A DNA stretch of 63,986 nt, filler included, from Lama guanicoe (lineage: Eukaryota): assembly GCA_013239625.1 (NCBI GenBank). It is 80 parts of 78 records of this genome, joined end to end, with 100 filler letters (N's around TTAATTAATTAA, not from the genome) between each part and the next. Parts side by side here need not be neighbours in the genome. Positions count along the whole stretch, not along the records: positions 34,633 to 35,170 come from PNXV01005629.1; positions 35,271 to 35,737 come from PNXV01005630.1; positions 35,838 to 37,145 come from MU054140.1; positions 37,246 to 37,691 come from PNXV01005634.1; positions 37,792 to 38,339 come from PNXV01005635.1; positions 38,440 to 38,864 come from PNXV01005636.1; positions 38,965 to 39,494 come from PNXV01005642.1; positions 39,595 to 40,043 come from PNXV01005643.1; 72 more parts are not named here. One strand, 5' to 3'. The position numbers and the translations under genes were made by a program. The notes beneath the pieces are model-generated. The model ran no database searches and was not told where the DNA came from. It worked only from the letters and a program-made list of their open reading frames with translations. This document shows, in pieces, positions 34,533 to 47,455 of this stretch (position 1 is the stretch's first letter; every line of letters begins with the position of its first letter).

Positions 34533-37246
34533 NNNNNNNNNNNNNNNNNNNNNNNNNNNNNNNNNNNNNNNNNNNNTTAATTAATTAANNNNNNNNNNNN
34601 NNNNNNNNNNNNNNNNNNNNNNNNNNNNNNNNAAACAGCACACAAAGCACGGTAGTAACGTGGTTTCAAACGTGGGTCCGACTTCGAGTCCTCCTCAGGA
34701 GTGACTAGTCCTGTGAGATGGAGAACTGGTAGGTCGGCTTAGCCTCTCCAGGACTGGTTTTCTGTTCTGCAGAGACGGAGCTCGCTAGGCGTCCCCCCCC
34801 GTAGAGGTTCTGTGGGGCGTAAATGACGCGCGTGGGCATCCCGAGCACAGCTGCTCATTCCTCGTAAGTGCAGGATAGCATAGCTTCTGCGGTGATGGCT
34901 TTATGACCGCCCCGTGTAGACTCTCAGTGCTCCGAAGGGATGCCTTGTGGTTTGGAGATGGGATTCTCACTTCTGTAATTACCCAAGGATTGTGTTATTG
35001 GGCCCTGCTGATTTGAATCTATTCTTTAGAAAGTACATATTGTAGATATATTTTTCAATATGCGTGCTTTTTTCTTTTACTATTTACAGTTCTACCGTCT
35101 CATCTTTTGGTGTGACATTTGATGGAATCCAGGTAACAGTCCTAAGCAACCTGCCTCTTCACACTTCTCCNNNNNNNNNNNNNNNNNNNNNNNNNNNNNN
35201 NNNNNNNNNNNNNNTTAATTAATTAANNNNNNNNNNNNNNNNNNNNNNNNNNNNNNNNNNNNNNNNNNNNATATAATATTTACATGTACGTATTATATTA
35301 TGGGTATAATATTGTGTGTGTGTGCGTATGCTCTTTAATCCAGCAATTTCACTTCTAGGAATAAATTCTAAGGAAATAATCAAATAAGTATAAAAAATGT
35401 ATATATGCCCCAAACATTTAACATAGTACTGTTTATACTACATTGGAAACAAATGTACATAAATAGGGGACTGGTTAAATAAATTCCAATACTTTTTGAA
35501 TTAATGAAAAAAATTATACAGCTACTAAGAATAACACTTATTGAAAGGAAAGATAGCCATACTATTAATAATATTAACAAGTTAACAATATTAAAGTGAC
35601 TAAAATCAGGCTATTAAACAACTTGTAGAGCAGGATCCCTTTTATGTTAAAATATAGATAGGAAGGTAGACAGACAGACAGGTAGGTATGTAGATAGACG
35701 ATAGATTACCTAATAAAGAAAAATCCACACTGGTAGANNNNNNNNNNNNNNNNNNNNNNNNNNNNNNNNNNNNNNNNNNNNTTAATTAATTAANNNNNNN
35801 NNNNNNNNNNNNNNNNNNNNNNNNNNNNNNNNNNNNNACCACGTGCTGAGCACGTTTGTGTAAAAGCAGGAATCGAGCAAGATCCTACAGAATTTGACTT
35901 TCCAAGTTTAAATACCCCATGAAAAGAATCCCTCAGCAACCGCCTAAATCAATTCGCATCTCACTTCTTCAAAACACTCAAACAAATTTAATAAGGGCGC
36001 ATTTGTCACCAAATATAAGGAGGACCAAACAGGTTCCTCAAAGTAAGGATTTTAACAGGTATCAAACTCCAGTGGGTGATGNNNNNNNNNNNNNNNNNNN
36101 NNNNNNNNNNNNNNNNNNNNNNNNNNNNNNNNNNNNNNNNNNNNNNNNNNNNNNNNNNNNNNNNNCTTTTGAAGACGGTACGGAGGGCAATCTGGCTATT
36201 TCCAATGCAGGGTGTGAACAGACCACATTTTCAGACGCAACAACATGCTCACTGGGCAGTACAAGAGAAAAAGAAATAAAGAAAAAGGAAAAGAGGAACA
36301 AGAGAAAATTAGAAACACACAAAAACAAAAATGATTTTTACAGCATGTACAAGAATTTNNNNNNNNNNNNNNNNNNNNNNNNNNNNNNNNNNNNNNNNNN
36401 NNNNNNNNNNNNNNNNNNNNNNNNNNNNNNNNNNNNNNNNNNNNNNNNNNNNNNNNNNNNNNNNNNNNNNNNNNNNNNNNNNNNNNNNNNNNNNNNNNNN
36501 NNNNNNNNNNNNNNNNNNNNNNNNNNNNNNNNNNNNNNNNNNNNNNNNNNNNNNNNNNNNNNNNNNNNNNNNNNNNNNNNNNNNNNNNNNNNNNNNNNNN
36601 NNNNNNNNNNNNNNNNNNNNNNNNNNNNNNNNNNNNNNNNNNNNNNNNNNNNNNNNNNNNNNNNNNNNNNNNNNNNNNNNNNNNNNNNNNNNNNNNNNNN
36701 NNNNNNNNNNNNNNNNNNNNNNNNNNNNNNNNNNNNNNNNNNNNNNNNNNNNNNNNNNNNNNNNNNNNNNNNNNNNNNNNNNNNNNNNNNNNNNNNNNNN
36801 NNNNNNNNNNNNNNNNNNNNNNNNNNNNNNNNNNNNNNNNNNNNNNNNNNNNNNNNNNNNNNNNNNNNGGTAAACAGTTTGACAATGTCAACCACTATGG
36901 GCTAAGCACACATCCAGCTACTCTGACAAATCCCAAGGGCAGACTTCAAAAAGCAAAAGCAAGCTGGCATTCTCTGGTGGGTCTGCAGGCTCACAGCCAA
37001 GCAGTTGCTGAGCAAAAATGTCACCAGTGCCTCCTATGACAAAAGAAAAGGCACTGGCTGGGGGGCTGGGGCAGGGCTCCAGGCTTCCACTGCTCACCCA
37101 CCAGGCTGTCCAGGGGGAGAAGGTTGTCGCTGCTTACGTTGTACCNNNNNNNNNNNNNNNNNNNNNNNNNNNNNNNNNNNNNNNNNNNNTTAATTAATTA
37201 ANNNNNNNNNNNNNNNNNNNNNNNNNNNNNNNNNNNNNNNNNNNNA

Positions 37247-37691
37247 TTTGCATCCGTTTTAATTCTCTCTCTTGTTTGATTGCTGTGGCTAGGATTTCCA
37301 TGGCTATGTTGGGTAGGAATGGAGATAGTGTGAATCCTTGTTTTGTCCCAGATTTTAGCTTGAAGGTTTTGACTTTCTCACCATTGAGTACTATGCTGGC
37401 TGTGGGTTTGTTATCTATAGCTTTCATGATGCTGAGATATGTTGCCTCTATGCCCACTTTGGTGAGAGATTTTTTCATACATGGGTGTGGAATTTTATCA
37501 AATGCTTTTCCTGCATCTATTGAGAAGGTCATGCTGTTTTGGTCCTTTCTCTTGTTGTTGTGCTGTATTACATTGATTCTTTTGCATATGTTGAACCGCC
37601 CCTTTGTCCCTGGCATGATCCCCACTTAGTCATGTTGGATAATGGTCATGTTGTATAATTGTTTTCTGTGATGTTGGATTCTATTTGCTTC
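37247..37691 (-). mobile_element. LINE-1 ORF2 reverse transcriptase fragment
   Basis: GIMPGTKGRFNICKRINVIQH...SIDAGKAFDKIPHP...SGTKQGFTLSPFL matches L1 RT motifs (DAEKAFD, GTRQGCPLSP). Confidence 0.95.
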
Positions 37692-37791
37692 NNNNNNNNN
37701 NNNNNNNNNNNNNNNNNNNNNNNNNNNNNNNNNNNTTAATTAATTAANNNNNNNNNNNNNNNNNNNNNNNNNNNNNNNNNNNNNNNNNNNN

Positions 37792-38326
37792 TGCTGTGAT
37801 ATTTATTTGTAAAATTTGAAGGCTCCACCATTACTCAAAAATAATTGCTCTGTATGGGAGACAAATTGCTGTACTGAGAAGTAGAAGTTGTAGTTGTAAT
37901 GAAGTTCACAACACGGCGATTTGCTACAGTGTAGCTGCTTTGAGAGTGCTCGTGGACAGTGGTCAACTGATTTAAAACAACACGTTGATCCACTGCAATT
38001 TGTTTTGGTGTTCTAACTGACATTGATGATGGAAGAGAAAAATCACCTCTGATCGGGGTAGTTGAATCACCAATTATGTGGCTAGTAGAGGGCTTTATTA
38101 TTAGAGGCATGTTTAAATTTGCAGAAGGTAAAAATGCACTTTCTCCACTAGTGTCAGCCACAAAATCAGAATTAAGCACATTCCCCCCTGCTTTAAAGTG
38201 CTTCTTTTTGAAACCTTGAGCCAATGAATATACCAGAGAGGCATTTCTAACCCCAACTCTTCTTTTTATTGTCACTAAAAGCTGGGGACATCCCCGTTTA
38301 AGATTTGGATTATGGCAGAACTGCAG
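37792..38326 (-). pseudogene. HSFY: HSFY (heat shock transcription factor, Y-linked) exon-2 copy with a premature stop
   Basis: After an AG acceptor (38327-38328) the minus strand reads LQFCHNPNLKRGCPQLLVTIKRRVGVRNAS...KKHFKAG...NLNMPL...LNQLTTVHEHSQSSY...VNFITTTT..SQY, matching HSFY. An in-frame TGA at 37835-37837 is followed by continued homology (VMVEPS). Confidence 0.9.
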
Positions 38327-39850
38327 CTACAACTATAGGNNNNNNNNNNNNNNNNNNNNNNNNNNNNNNNNNNNNNNNNNNNNTTAATTAATTAANNNNN
38401 NNNNNNNNNNNNNNNNNNNNNNNNNNNNNNNNNNNNNNNTTCTAAATAAAGATTATAAGTTTTGGTAGTACTGGATTTACTACAGCTTTCTGATACAGAA
38501 CATAGCTACTATTTACAATTAGTACACAAAACACTTGCCTTAAAATGCCGTATTATAATAACAATGCCAACTGTTTTAGGACTGGGAAACATATTGCTTC
38601 CTAAAATCCGGTACCTTGTCTTTTCCACCCCAACCCACATATTCAGTTATTTATTTGTTATTTGATTGTTTGTTTGCCCCTTATTGGAGGCACTGCTTAT
38701 TGAAAAATCCAGGATCTTGTGCATAAGTGTATTTATCAACATTATTTTAGAACACTTAACAGAAGCCCCAAGAGTATGGATTATAAAGATGATAAGAAAA
38801 TGTTTTCCTTCTTGAGACTGGAAAACCTCTGAGTGAAAGAATGGCAAAAATAAACATTTGTAAGNNNNNNNNNNNNNNNNNNNNNNNNNNNNNNNNNNNN
38901 NNNNNNNNTTAATTAATTAANNNNNNNNNNNNNNNNNNNNNNNNNNNNNNNNNNNNNNNNNNNNAGTACACTTTTGCAGAGCTTCCTATATTTGTTATTG
39001 GCTTATGCCATTTTTTCTCTACGTCGGGTAAAATATGGCATTTATTCATCCTGTTGAAAGACATGCAAGTCTTTATCACGGACTTGTAATCCATTGGATT
39101 CCAAAGCGGCATTTATTTTAGGTCACGATATGCTCTTATGAATCAATATTTACGAATATAAATGCACGCCTCTGATTTCCGAATACAAGTGTGCTGATAC
39201 ATGCAAGCCGCGATACTGGGTCGATGCGTGCTGAATGATCCTTGACATCACCTTTTGTATTTTCTTGTGAATAATCATGGTTCCCTTGGTATATGTCTGC
39301 CAACTGTACCCTTTTTGTGCTTGTTTGTTGGTGTGAATCTTTGTTGGTCTGCTTCTCGTTTTTTTTGCAAACACTTCAGGCCATGCATCTATTCGTTCGC
39401 TTCAAACAGATAGTCATATTAGCTGACTCACTTGCGATAGTGCTTAAATCACCTATGATTTCCTGCTTCCCTCTCCCTTCTTTAGGCTTTTGATNNNNNN
39501 NNNNNNNNNNNNNNNNNNNNNNNNNNNNNNNNNNNNNNTTAATTAATTAANNNNNNNNNNNNNNNNNNNNNNNNNNNNNNNNNNNNNNNNNNNNTGCTAT
39601 TCTTAGGAAATTTATTTAAAATGGGATTTCAATTCTCTGGAAAAATGATCTATGACAAAAAAGCTATTATCCCTTGATTAATTTTATTTTTACTTTAAGA
39701 ATTTCATATAAACTATATATGATTTAGTAGAGCACATTTTACTACATTTAAAGAAATACATACCCAACTTCTGGTGGTTTTATGGTGCCAGAAATTTACT
39801 TTTCCTCCCATCTGACATAATGAGAATTCACTAATGGACTCAGATAAAGA

Positions 39851-39875
39851 GTGTGTGTGTATGTGTGTGTGTGTA

Positions 39876-39906
<31 letters not shown>
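39851..39906 (+). repeat. Compound (GT)n(GA)n microsatellite
   Basis: Direct read of the sequence. Confidence 0.95.
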
Positions 39907-39909
<3 letters not shown>

Positions 39910-40231
39910 ATCATTTTAGCTCAGAAAAATGCAAGTAAGCCTCAAATTTGCTCTTGATTTGAACTTACCAAGTTATAGACAAAACATTTTGATAGGTAGA
40001 GGGCTTTTATAGGAGCTCTTACCACAAAAAGAAACATAATTGGNNNNNNNNNNNNNNNNNNNNNNNNNNNNNNNNNNNNNNNNNNNNTTAATTAATTAAN
40101 NNNNNNNNNNNNNNNNNNNNNNNNNNNNNNNNNNNNNNNNNNNGGAGCCGAAGGGAGCACAGGACACAGATGGCATTGCTGAGCCTTCAGCACATGCCTT
40201 CCTTTTTGGCTCCACTCATTCACTTTTATTT

Positions 40232-40788
40232 CTTTTTTTTTAACTTTTTTTTTATTGAGTTATAGTCAATTTACAATGTTGTGTTAATTCCCAGTGTATA
40301 GCACAACTTTTCATTTATACATGAACATACAGATATTCATTGTCATATTCTGTTCTGCTGTGAGCCACCACAAGGTCTGGTGTATATTTCCCTGTGCATG
40401 CTGTACAGTCTTGTTATCTGTTCTACATATGCCTGTCAGTATCTTCAAATTTTGAACCTACTTCAAAAAGACACCTGCACCCCAATGTTCAAAGCAGCAC
40501 TATTTACAATAGCCAAGACATGGAAACAGCCTAAATGTCCATCAACAGATAACTCGATAAAGATGAAATGATATATTTATACAGTGGAATACTATTCAGC
40601 CATTAAAAATGACAACATAATGCCATTTGCAGTGACATGGATGTCCCTGGAGAATGTCATTCTAAGTTAATTAAGCCAGAAAGAGAAAGAAAAATACCAT
40701 ATGAGATGGCTCATTGTGGAATCTAAAAATACATACATACATACATAAATACATAAATACAAAACAGAAAGAGACACATAGACATAGA
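40232..40788 (-). mobile_element. Short LINE-1 3' insertion with internal inversion
   Basis: 40232-40456 is an antisense L1 3' end with poly-T. 40457-40788 is the upstream L1 piece in the opposite orientation (KDTCTPMFKAALFTIAKTWKQPKCPS). Confidence 0.75.
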
Positions 40789-42365
40789 CGGGGAGCTCCT
40801 TTTTGATTTCTATGATTCAATTTCTTCCCTAAAACTGAATTTTCCTGGGGAAACTTACCTGGACCCTAACTAGGTGAAATTTTATGTTCAGAATTGATGA
40901 TAATAATTGGAATAAACCCCTCATATTCTAGTAGCTGCTATCTTTACACAAAGTTACTACATTACTTGAGTAATATTTTTTCTTTCCAGTATGTAATATA
41001 TGCGAAAAAGGCAGAGTGGCTCTGGATTGGGATGTTAAACATGTCATCCATCNNNNNNNNNNNNNNNNNNNNNNNNNNNNNNNNNNNNNNNNNNNNTTAA
41101 TTAATTAANNNNNNNNNNNNNNNNNNNNNNNNNNNNNNNNNNNNNNNNNNNNCACCAGCCTTTCTTTCTCTGGACTCGCTGCTTCCAGTTCGCTATTTCC
41201 CTGGCCATCAGCTCCAGGCTTTCTGAAGAATGAAGGTTTCCCTTCAGGTCCTCCTCTCTGCTGAAGCTGCTCCCTAGTGCTCTCTGGTGCTTGGAGGCTG
41301 GGTGTCTCATTGGTCACTTCGGGAACTTCTACACAGTCCACCATGCCCTGAACGGATNNNNNNNNNNNNNNNNNNNNNNNNNNNNNNNNNNNNNNNNNNN
41401 NNNNNNNNNNCCGGGCGTTCGCTCCATCTGCCTGCGTCATGGGTCCTGCTGTCTCAGTCTGTTGTCCACAGGCTTCATCGAGGGAAGAGCGCCCCTTGCC
41501 TGGAGTCTCCCCACTTCAGGAAGTGTACCATTGCTTTACTAGGAAGACCAGCCCTGCTGCACACAGCAGGGTCCCCCAGGGAAACTCAAGGCACAGGATT
41601 TCCCAAACCAGTGGCAGAGCACCCCACAGGCACTCCAGAATCAGTGGGGACTTGGGCCTGGGGGCAGGGAGCAGGCCCTCTGTGGCTGCTGGGNNNNNNN
41701 NNNNNNNNNNNNNNNNNNNNNNNNNNNNNNNNNNNNNTTAATTAATTAANNNNNNNNNNNNNNNNNNNNNNNNNNNNNNNNNNNNNNNNNNNNGAAAGAA
41801 CAAGTCTAACTTTTGAAGCCAAAGTTCTAACTTTAAAACTTAAAAATAATGTATATGTGCAGTCAAAGTGTAGTAATTCTACCTATTAAAACTGAAAAAG
41901 GAAAAAAACCTTAGAAAATACTGGCATTTTGAATTCTAATCCTATAGAATAATCTTTTTTTTTTAATTGAAGTAGAGTCAGTTTACAATGTTGTGTCAAT
42001 TTCTGGTGTACAGCATAATGTTTCAGTCATCCATATACATATATTCCTTTTCATATTTTTTATTATAGATTACTACAAGATATTGAATATAGTTGCCTCT
42101 GCTATACAGTAGAAACTTGTTTGTCTGTCTGTAGAGTAATCTTAAACAATTTCTGAAGATTTCTCCCGTATATGTTTGCTAAGTAAAATAAAGACTGCAC
42201 AACATTTAGTATAGTCTTTGCATAAATGTTATTTCTTTTTCTTCTCCTTATTAATGAAGGACTATNNNNNNNNNNNNNNNNNNNNNNNNNNNNNNNNNNN
42301 NNNNNNNNNTTAATTAATTAANNNNNNNNNNNNNNNNNNNNNNNNNNNNNNNNNNNNNNNNNNNN

Positions 42366-43178
42366 AAACACATTCTAAAATATCTTCATTGTTTTTTCTC
42401 CCCTTGCCTTTTTTTCTTCTTTCGCTCTCCCTACATTGTTTTTTTCTCACCTTCCCTACATTGTGGTTTTTTTAAAAATATACATCAAAACAATAAGAGA
42501 ATAATTTACCTTGTAACTGTTCATTATAGTTACTATTGATATTATAATTTTTGTCTCGTAACTTTCATAGTAGCTTATGTGGTTTAGTGACAGCTTTTAC
42601 TGTGTATGTGCCTTTACTGGTGGGGTGTTTCTTTTCCTGTAAATTCTTAATTCTGTTGTAGCCTGTCCTTGTCCACTTAAAGAATATCCTTTAGCATTTC
42701 TTTTAGATTCAGTTTAGTATCGATAAACTCTTTCAGTTTTGGCTTGTCTAAGAAGTTCTTTCTCTCTCCTTCAATTCTGATTGATAATTTCTCTTGGTAG
42801 TGGTTCCTAGGTTGTACTTTAAATATATTATGCCATTCCTTTTTAGCCTGTGCTGTTCCTGCAGAAAAATCAGCTGATAGCTTTATGAGGGTTCCCTTAT
42901 ATATGACTCTTAGTTTTTCTCTTGCTGCCTTTATAATTCTCTTTATCCTTGACTTTTGCCATTTTAATAATGATTTTTTTTGTGGGTCTCTTTGGGGTCA
43001 ACTTGTTTGAGACTCTCTGTGCTTGCTGTAGCTGGGTATCTGTTTCTTCCTTTAGGTTTGGGGAATTTTTCTGCCATAATTTCATGAAATACACTTTTAA
43101 TCCCTTTCTCTTCTTCTGGGACCGCTATAATGTGAATGTTAGTGTGCTTGATGTTGTTCCCACAGGTCTCCTAAAATG
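42366..43178 (-). mobile_element. LINE-1 ORF1 fragment, antisense
   Basis: NSPNLKEETDTQLQQAQRVSNKLTPKRPTKKIIIKMAKVKDKE is typical of L1 ORF1p. Confidence 0.88.
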
Positions 43179-43299
43179 NNNNNNNNNNNNNNNNNNNNNN
43201 NNNNNNNNNNNNNNNNNNNNNNTTAATTAATTAANNNNNNNNNNNNNNNNNNNNNNNNNNNNNNNNNNNNNNNNNNNNACATTATTTGCTGGGAAAGAG

Positions 43300-43480
43300 T
43301 AGAATTGTTAGAAAAATACATGAATCTATGTTAAATCTGGATTTCTTATCAACAATGAATAATTTTTAGTTAGTGCTAAAAATGTTGTATGGACTATCAG
43401 TATATTAAAGTATTCACTTTATCTGAAATTCAAAATTAACTGAGATTTCAGTATTTTCATTGGCTAAATCTGTCAGTCTT
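43300..43480. mobile_element. MER53-like palindromic hAT MITE relic
   Basis: TTTATCTGAAATTCAAAATTAACTG..GTATTTT..GCTAAATCTG with a degenerate mirror arm. Confidence 0.5.
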
Positions 43481-44726
43481 ACATTCTTTGTACTACTTGA
43501 TGCTTTTGGGACAGAAAATCTTCTTTGATATCAGAAACACTACCCTTGCTTTCTTTTTATTGCATTTTCCTGGTATATTTTCCCATTCATTTATCTTTTA
43601 ACCATTTTGGAACACTATATTTTTAGATATGTTTCATGTAGACAATAAGAATTGTATTTTGATTTGTGTATTCTAATCAGACAAGTCCTTTCTTACTGAG
43701 TTAAACCCATTTAGATTTATTAATATGGTTAATATGTTTGGTCACGTGCCATATTATGTTACCATTATGTGTTAATATAAAGTTACTTCAGTTTTTGTTT
43801 GGCCTTTTTCCTTTTTTTTTTTTGTATTCTCTTGTTAAATAGAGAGGATTGTATTTTTTATTTTCAAAGTCCCTTATACTAATTATTTTTTGGCACACTC
43901 TCTTTGAGGTTGCCATGGTATTTCTATTGCTCTTAACTATTAGCTAATGCCAGGTGGCCCACTCCACATGGCTGTCCCCAGCAACTTCTTTTCAGGTGGA
44001 GTAGAGTAACAGAACATTGGTGCCAGAGAATATACCTTTCCTTGTGTTTTCCTTATACCTAGATCGAACATACGTCCCATTTTAAAACTTTTCCTAAACA
44101 TACCAGACTTGAGAATGCCATANNNNNNNNNNNNNNNNNNNNNNNNNNNNNNNNNNNNNNNNNNNNTTAATTAATTAANNNNNNNNNNNNNNNNNNNNNN
44201 NNNNNNNNNNNNNNNNNNNNNNAGGCACAAGCTGTCCTCATTCACTGGAGTACACCTTCCCAAATATCCACACCCCTTACTCCCTCATGAAGGTCAAGTC
44301 TTAGTTCCAATGACATCCCCTCGCTGAGATGCTTTCCGAACAGGGCACTGAAACTGTAAATCGACCCCACCCCCAAACCCCCTACCCTACGCTATTTTTA
44401 AAAAAAATAGAATTTATCATCTTGTAACATATGATTTACTTGTTACATTTGTTGCTATCTTGTTTGTCACCCTTCCCCATCAGAACATAAACTCCATGGA
44501 CATCCTATTTTGAATATTAAATTTGATTCAAGTTTTGTATTTTATTGAACAAGAGCTAGTTTATCAATAATTATCTTTTATGCAATTAATGGGAAAATCA
44601 GTTTCTTATTTTCCCTACTGAACTGANNNNNNNNNNNNNNNNNNNNNNNNNNNNNNNNNNNNNNNNNNNNTTAATTAATTAANNNNNNNNNNNNNNNNNN
44701 NNNNNNNNNNNNNNNNNNNNNNNNNN

Positions 44727-44761
<35 letters not shown>
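44727..44761 (+). repeat. (GT)n microsatellite
   Basis: Direct read at the scaffold edge. Confidence 0.97.
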
Positions 44762-44764
<3 letters not shown>

Positions 44765-46793
44765 AACTAAAATGAATAAACCACTAGCTAACACAATGAA
44801 GAGGAGAAAGAAGAAAGGGGAAGTAAAAATACAGAACTGTTTACAATGGCAAAAACAGGAACGTCCAAGGTGGTTAAATATAGTACACTCATAAAAAGAA
44901 ACACTGCAGATTTAAAACAAAAGAACAAGGGAAATCTTTACGTATTGATATGAAAAGATGTCTGAGATATGCTGCTACATGAAAACAGTAAAGTTCAGAA
45001 CAATAGATATAAGTTGCCCTTTGGGTAAAAAACAGAAAATACAAGATCTCTAACTGCATATTCTTATACCTGCAAAAGAAACTTTGGAAGGATATGCAAG
45101 AATCAAGACAGTGGCTTCTGTTGGGAGGAGCAGGAATTAGGTAGATGGAGAGACAAGGACAGGAAGGCTATTTTCCAGCATAGTGCTTAACATTTCAGGG
45201 TTCTGAGTCCTATGAACGCATTACTTATTTTTTTAAACAAAATTTTTAATTTGCTAATGACCAATGTTAATTCATCAAGGATTTTCAAGCATTTACTATG
45301 TATCAATACAATACTTGGTGTCGGAGACATTCAAAATTAAGAGCTCTAGTCCTCTTTTAAACAGCCCATAGTTTTTACAGTTTCATGNNNNNNNNNNNNN
45401 NNNNNNNNNNNNNNNNNNNNNNNNNNNNNNNTTAATTAATTAANNNNNNNNNNNNNNNNNNNNNNNNNNNNNNNNNNNNNNNNNNNNGCCACAAACCTGG
45501 CTGTCTGTGGGGAGCAGCTTTTGTGCCCTACCAGTTGCTCTGTCACGCACCTGCCTGCTCTGCTTTTATCTCCACTACGTTTAGCTGGGATTCCCTGATA
45601 ACTTCATCCCACATCCTACATCATGGCTGACAGGTCCTCTACTCCATGGCTGATCTTTTGCACTCGGGCCTTACTACCCGGCAACAGCCTCTCAGTCTCC
45701 ACGTGGCAACATTCCTTAAAGAGAAATCAGATTGGCCTCATTTGTTTTTATAGGTCAGACGTTCATAGTAGTGCCTGCCCCAGTCCAGTCTGATGACGGC
45801 CCCTTGTCTCCCTCTTTCAGTGGCGACCATGAGTGTAGTAGATTCTCTGGGAGACGTCATGAGCGGAGTATGAACTTACTATGCCAGGCACATCCCTGTA
45901 ATCCCAGTTCTCTGGTCCACGCTTTAGTCGGTGCACAGGAAGTGCACACAGAGTTGCCTGAGCCACCAGGTAGTACTGTTACACTGCCGCTCCCCAGTGA
46001 CCTCAGGACCCCCCAGCACAGCAAGAAGGGTGGGCGGGAGGACAGACAGCAAANNNNNNNNNNNNNNNNNNNNNNNNNNNNNNNNNNNNNNNNNNNNTTA
46101 ATTAATTAANNNNNNNNNNNNNNNNNNNNNNNNNNNNNNNNNNNNNNNNNNNNGCCCTGATTCCTGAGAAACTCCCGTGAGTGTTACCTTTAACAAACAG
46201 CATCTCCTCTAGAAAAACAGGTAAATGGAACCTTAAAATCTCAGACTAGGGAGAAACCCCAGGCTCTCCCTCCGCCCCGACAAACTGCTTGCAAGTGAAT
46301 GCACACATCACCTCCCAGCCCAGGGACCTGACCTCCTATATCCCAGCAGGGAGCTCTGCAGTTGGGAGCTCTGCAGTTGGACGCTCTCGGGCTCCATGCC
46401 TGCCTCTCTCACCCGCAGGCTCACAGGTGCTGCAAATTATTCCACCTCGCCAGGCTTCCGTGCTGTCTCCTATCAAAGTGGGGAGAATACACCTACATCA
46501 CAGAATCGGTGTGAGCACAGACAAGCTCACACCTTGGACTCACAGTTCCCTGACCAGGGACACCTACGCACACAGTCCCAGAGCAGGATGGAGCCCAGGC
46601 AAAGTGGGGACACCCGCGGGGGCACCCTCTCTGCTGTCTTCACGGCAGGAACTCCGTGCAACCTGCAGCTCGTGAGATGGGGCAAAGCTGGCTNNNNNNN
46701 NNNNNNNNNNNNNNNNNNNNNNNNNNNNNNNNNNNNNTTAATTAATTAANNNNNNNNNNNNNNNNNNNNNNNNNNNNNNNNNNNNNNNNNNNN

Positions 46794-47355
46794 GGGGAAG
46801 CGGGCCCATTTGCTCCCATCATCCCCGCGGCTTGTCCTGGGGCGGTCACTGTTGCCCTGGGTTACGGAACACATGTATCCTAGTCAGCCTGACCCTGGGA
46901 GGCTGGCGTGGTACGTTGGGGGTGGTGGCAGCAGTGGCGGGTTTTCCCATGAAGCCGGTCCATTTGCTCCCATTTCCCCTCATGGTTTGCCCTGGGGGCG
47001 GTCCCTGTTGCCCCAAGTTCGCCAGACGTCCATCTCTAGGACAGCCTGCTCCCTAGAGGAGGCCACCGTGAGGTCAGGGTTCAGGAGCGGACTGATGCGG
47101 GTGGGGATGCCTTGAGGAGTTGGTGGATTAGCTCCCATCTCCCCGATGGCCTGGTGTGGGAGTGGCCTCTCCTGCCCCAGATCTGCAGACACACCTGTCT
47201 CATTCAGCCTGCTGGGGAGGGGCGCCCTGGGCGGTGCCTTTAAGTTGCGAGGGTGGCAACGGCGAGGGTAGAAGACCCGCAGCGCGGAGCTTGTCAGTTT
47301 GCTCCTCTCTTCCCCGTGGACAATCCTGGGGGCGTCCTCTGCTGCCCAAGAAGCC
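46794..47355 (+). repeat. Diverged GC-rich tandem repeat, unit about 155-170 bp
   Basis: Motif TT(T/A)GCTCC(C)..TCCCC..TGG..CCTGGGGGCG..CC..(T)GCCC recurs at about 46809, 46963, 47128 and 47298. Confidence 0.65.
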
Positions 47356-47455
47356 NNNNNNNNNNNNNNNNNNNNNNNNNNNNNNNNNNNNNNNNNNNNT
47401 TAATTAATTAANNNNNNNNNNNNNNNNNNNNNNNNNNNNNNNNNNNNNNNNNNNN

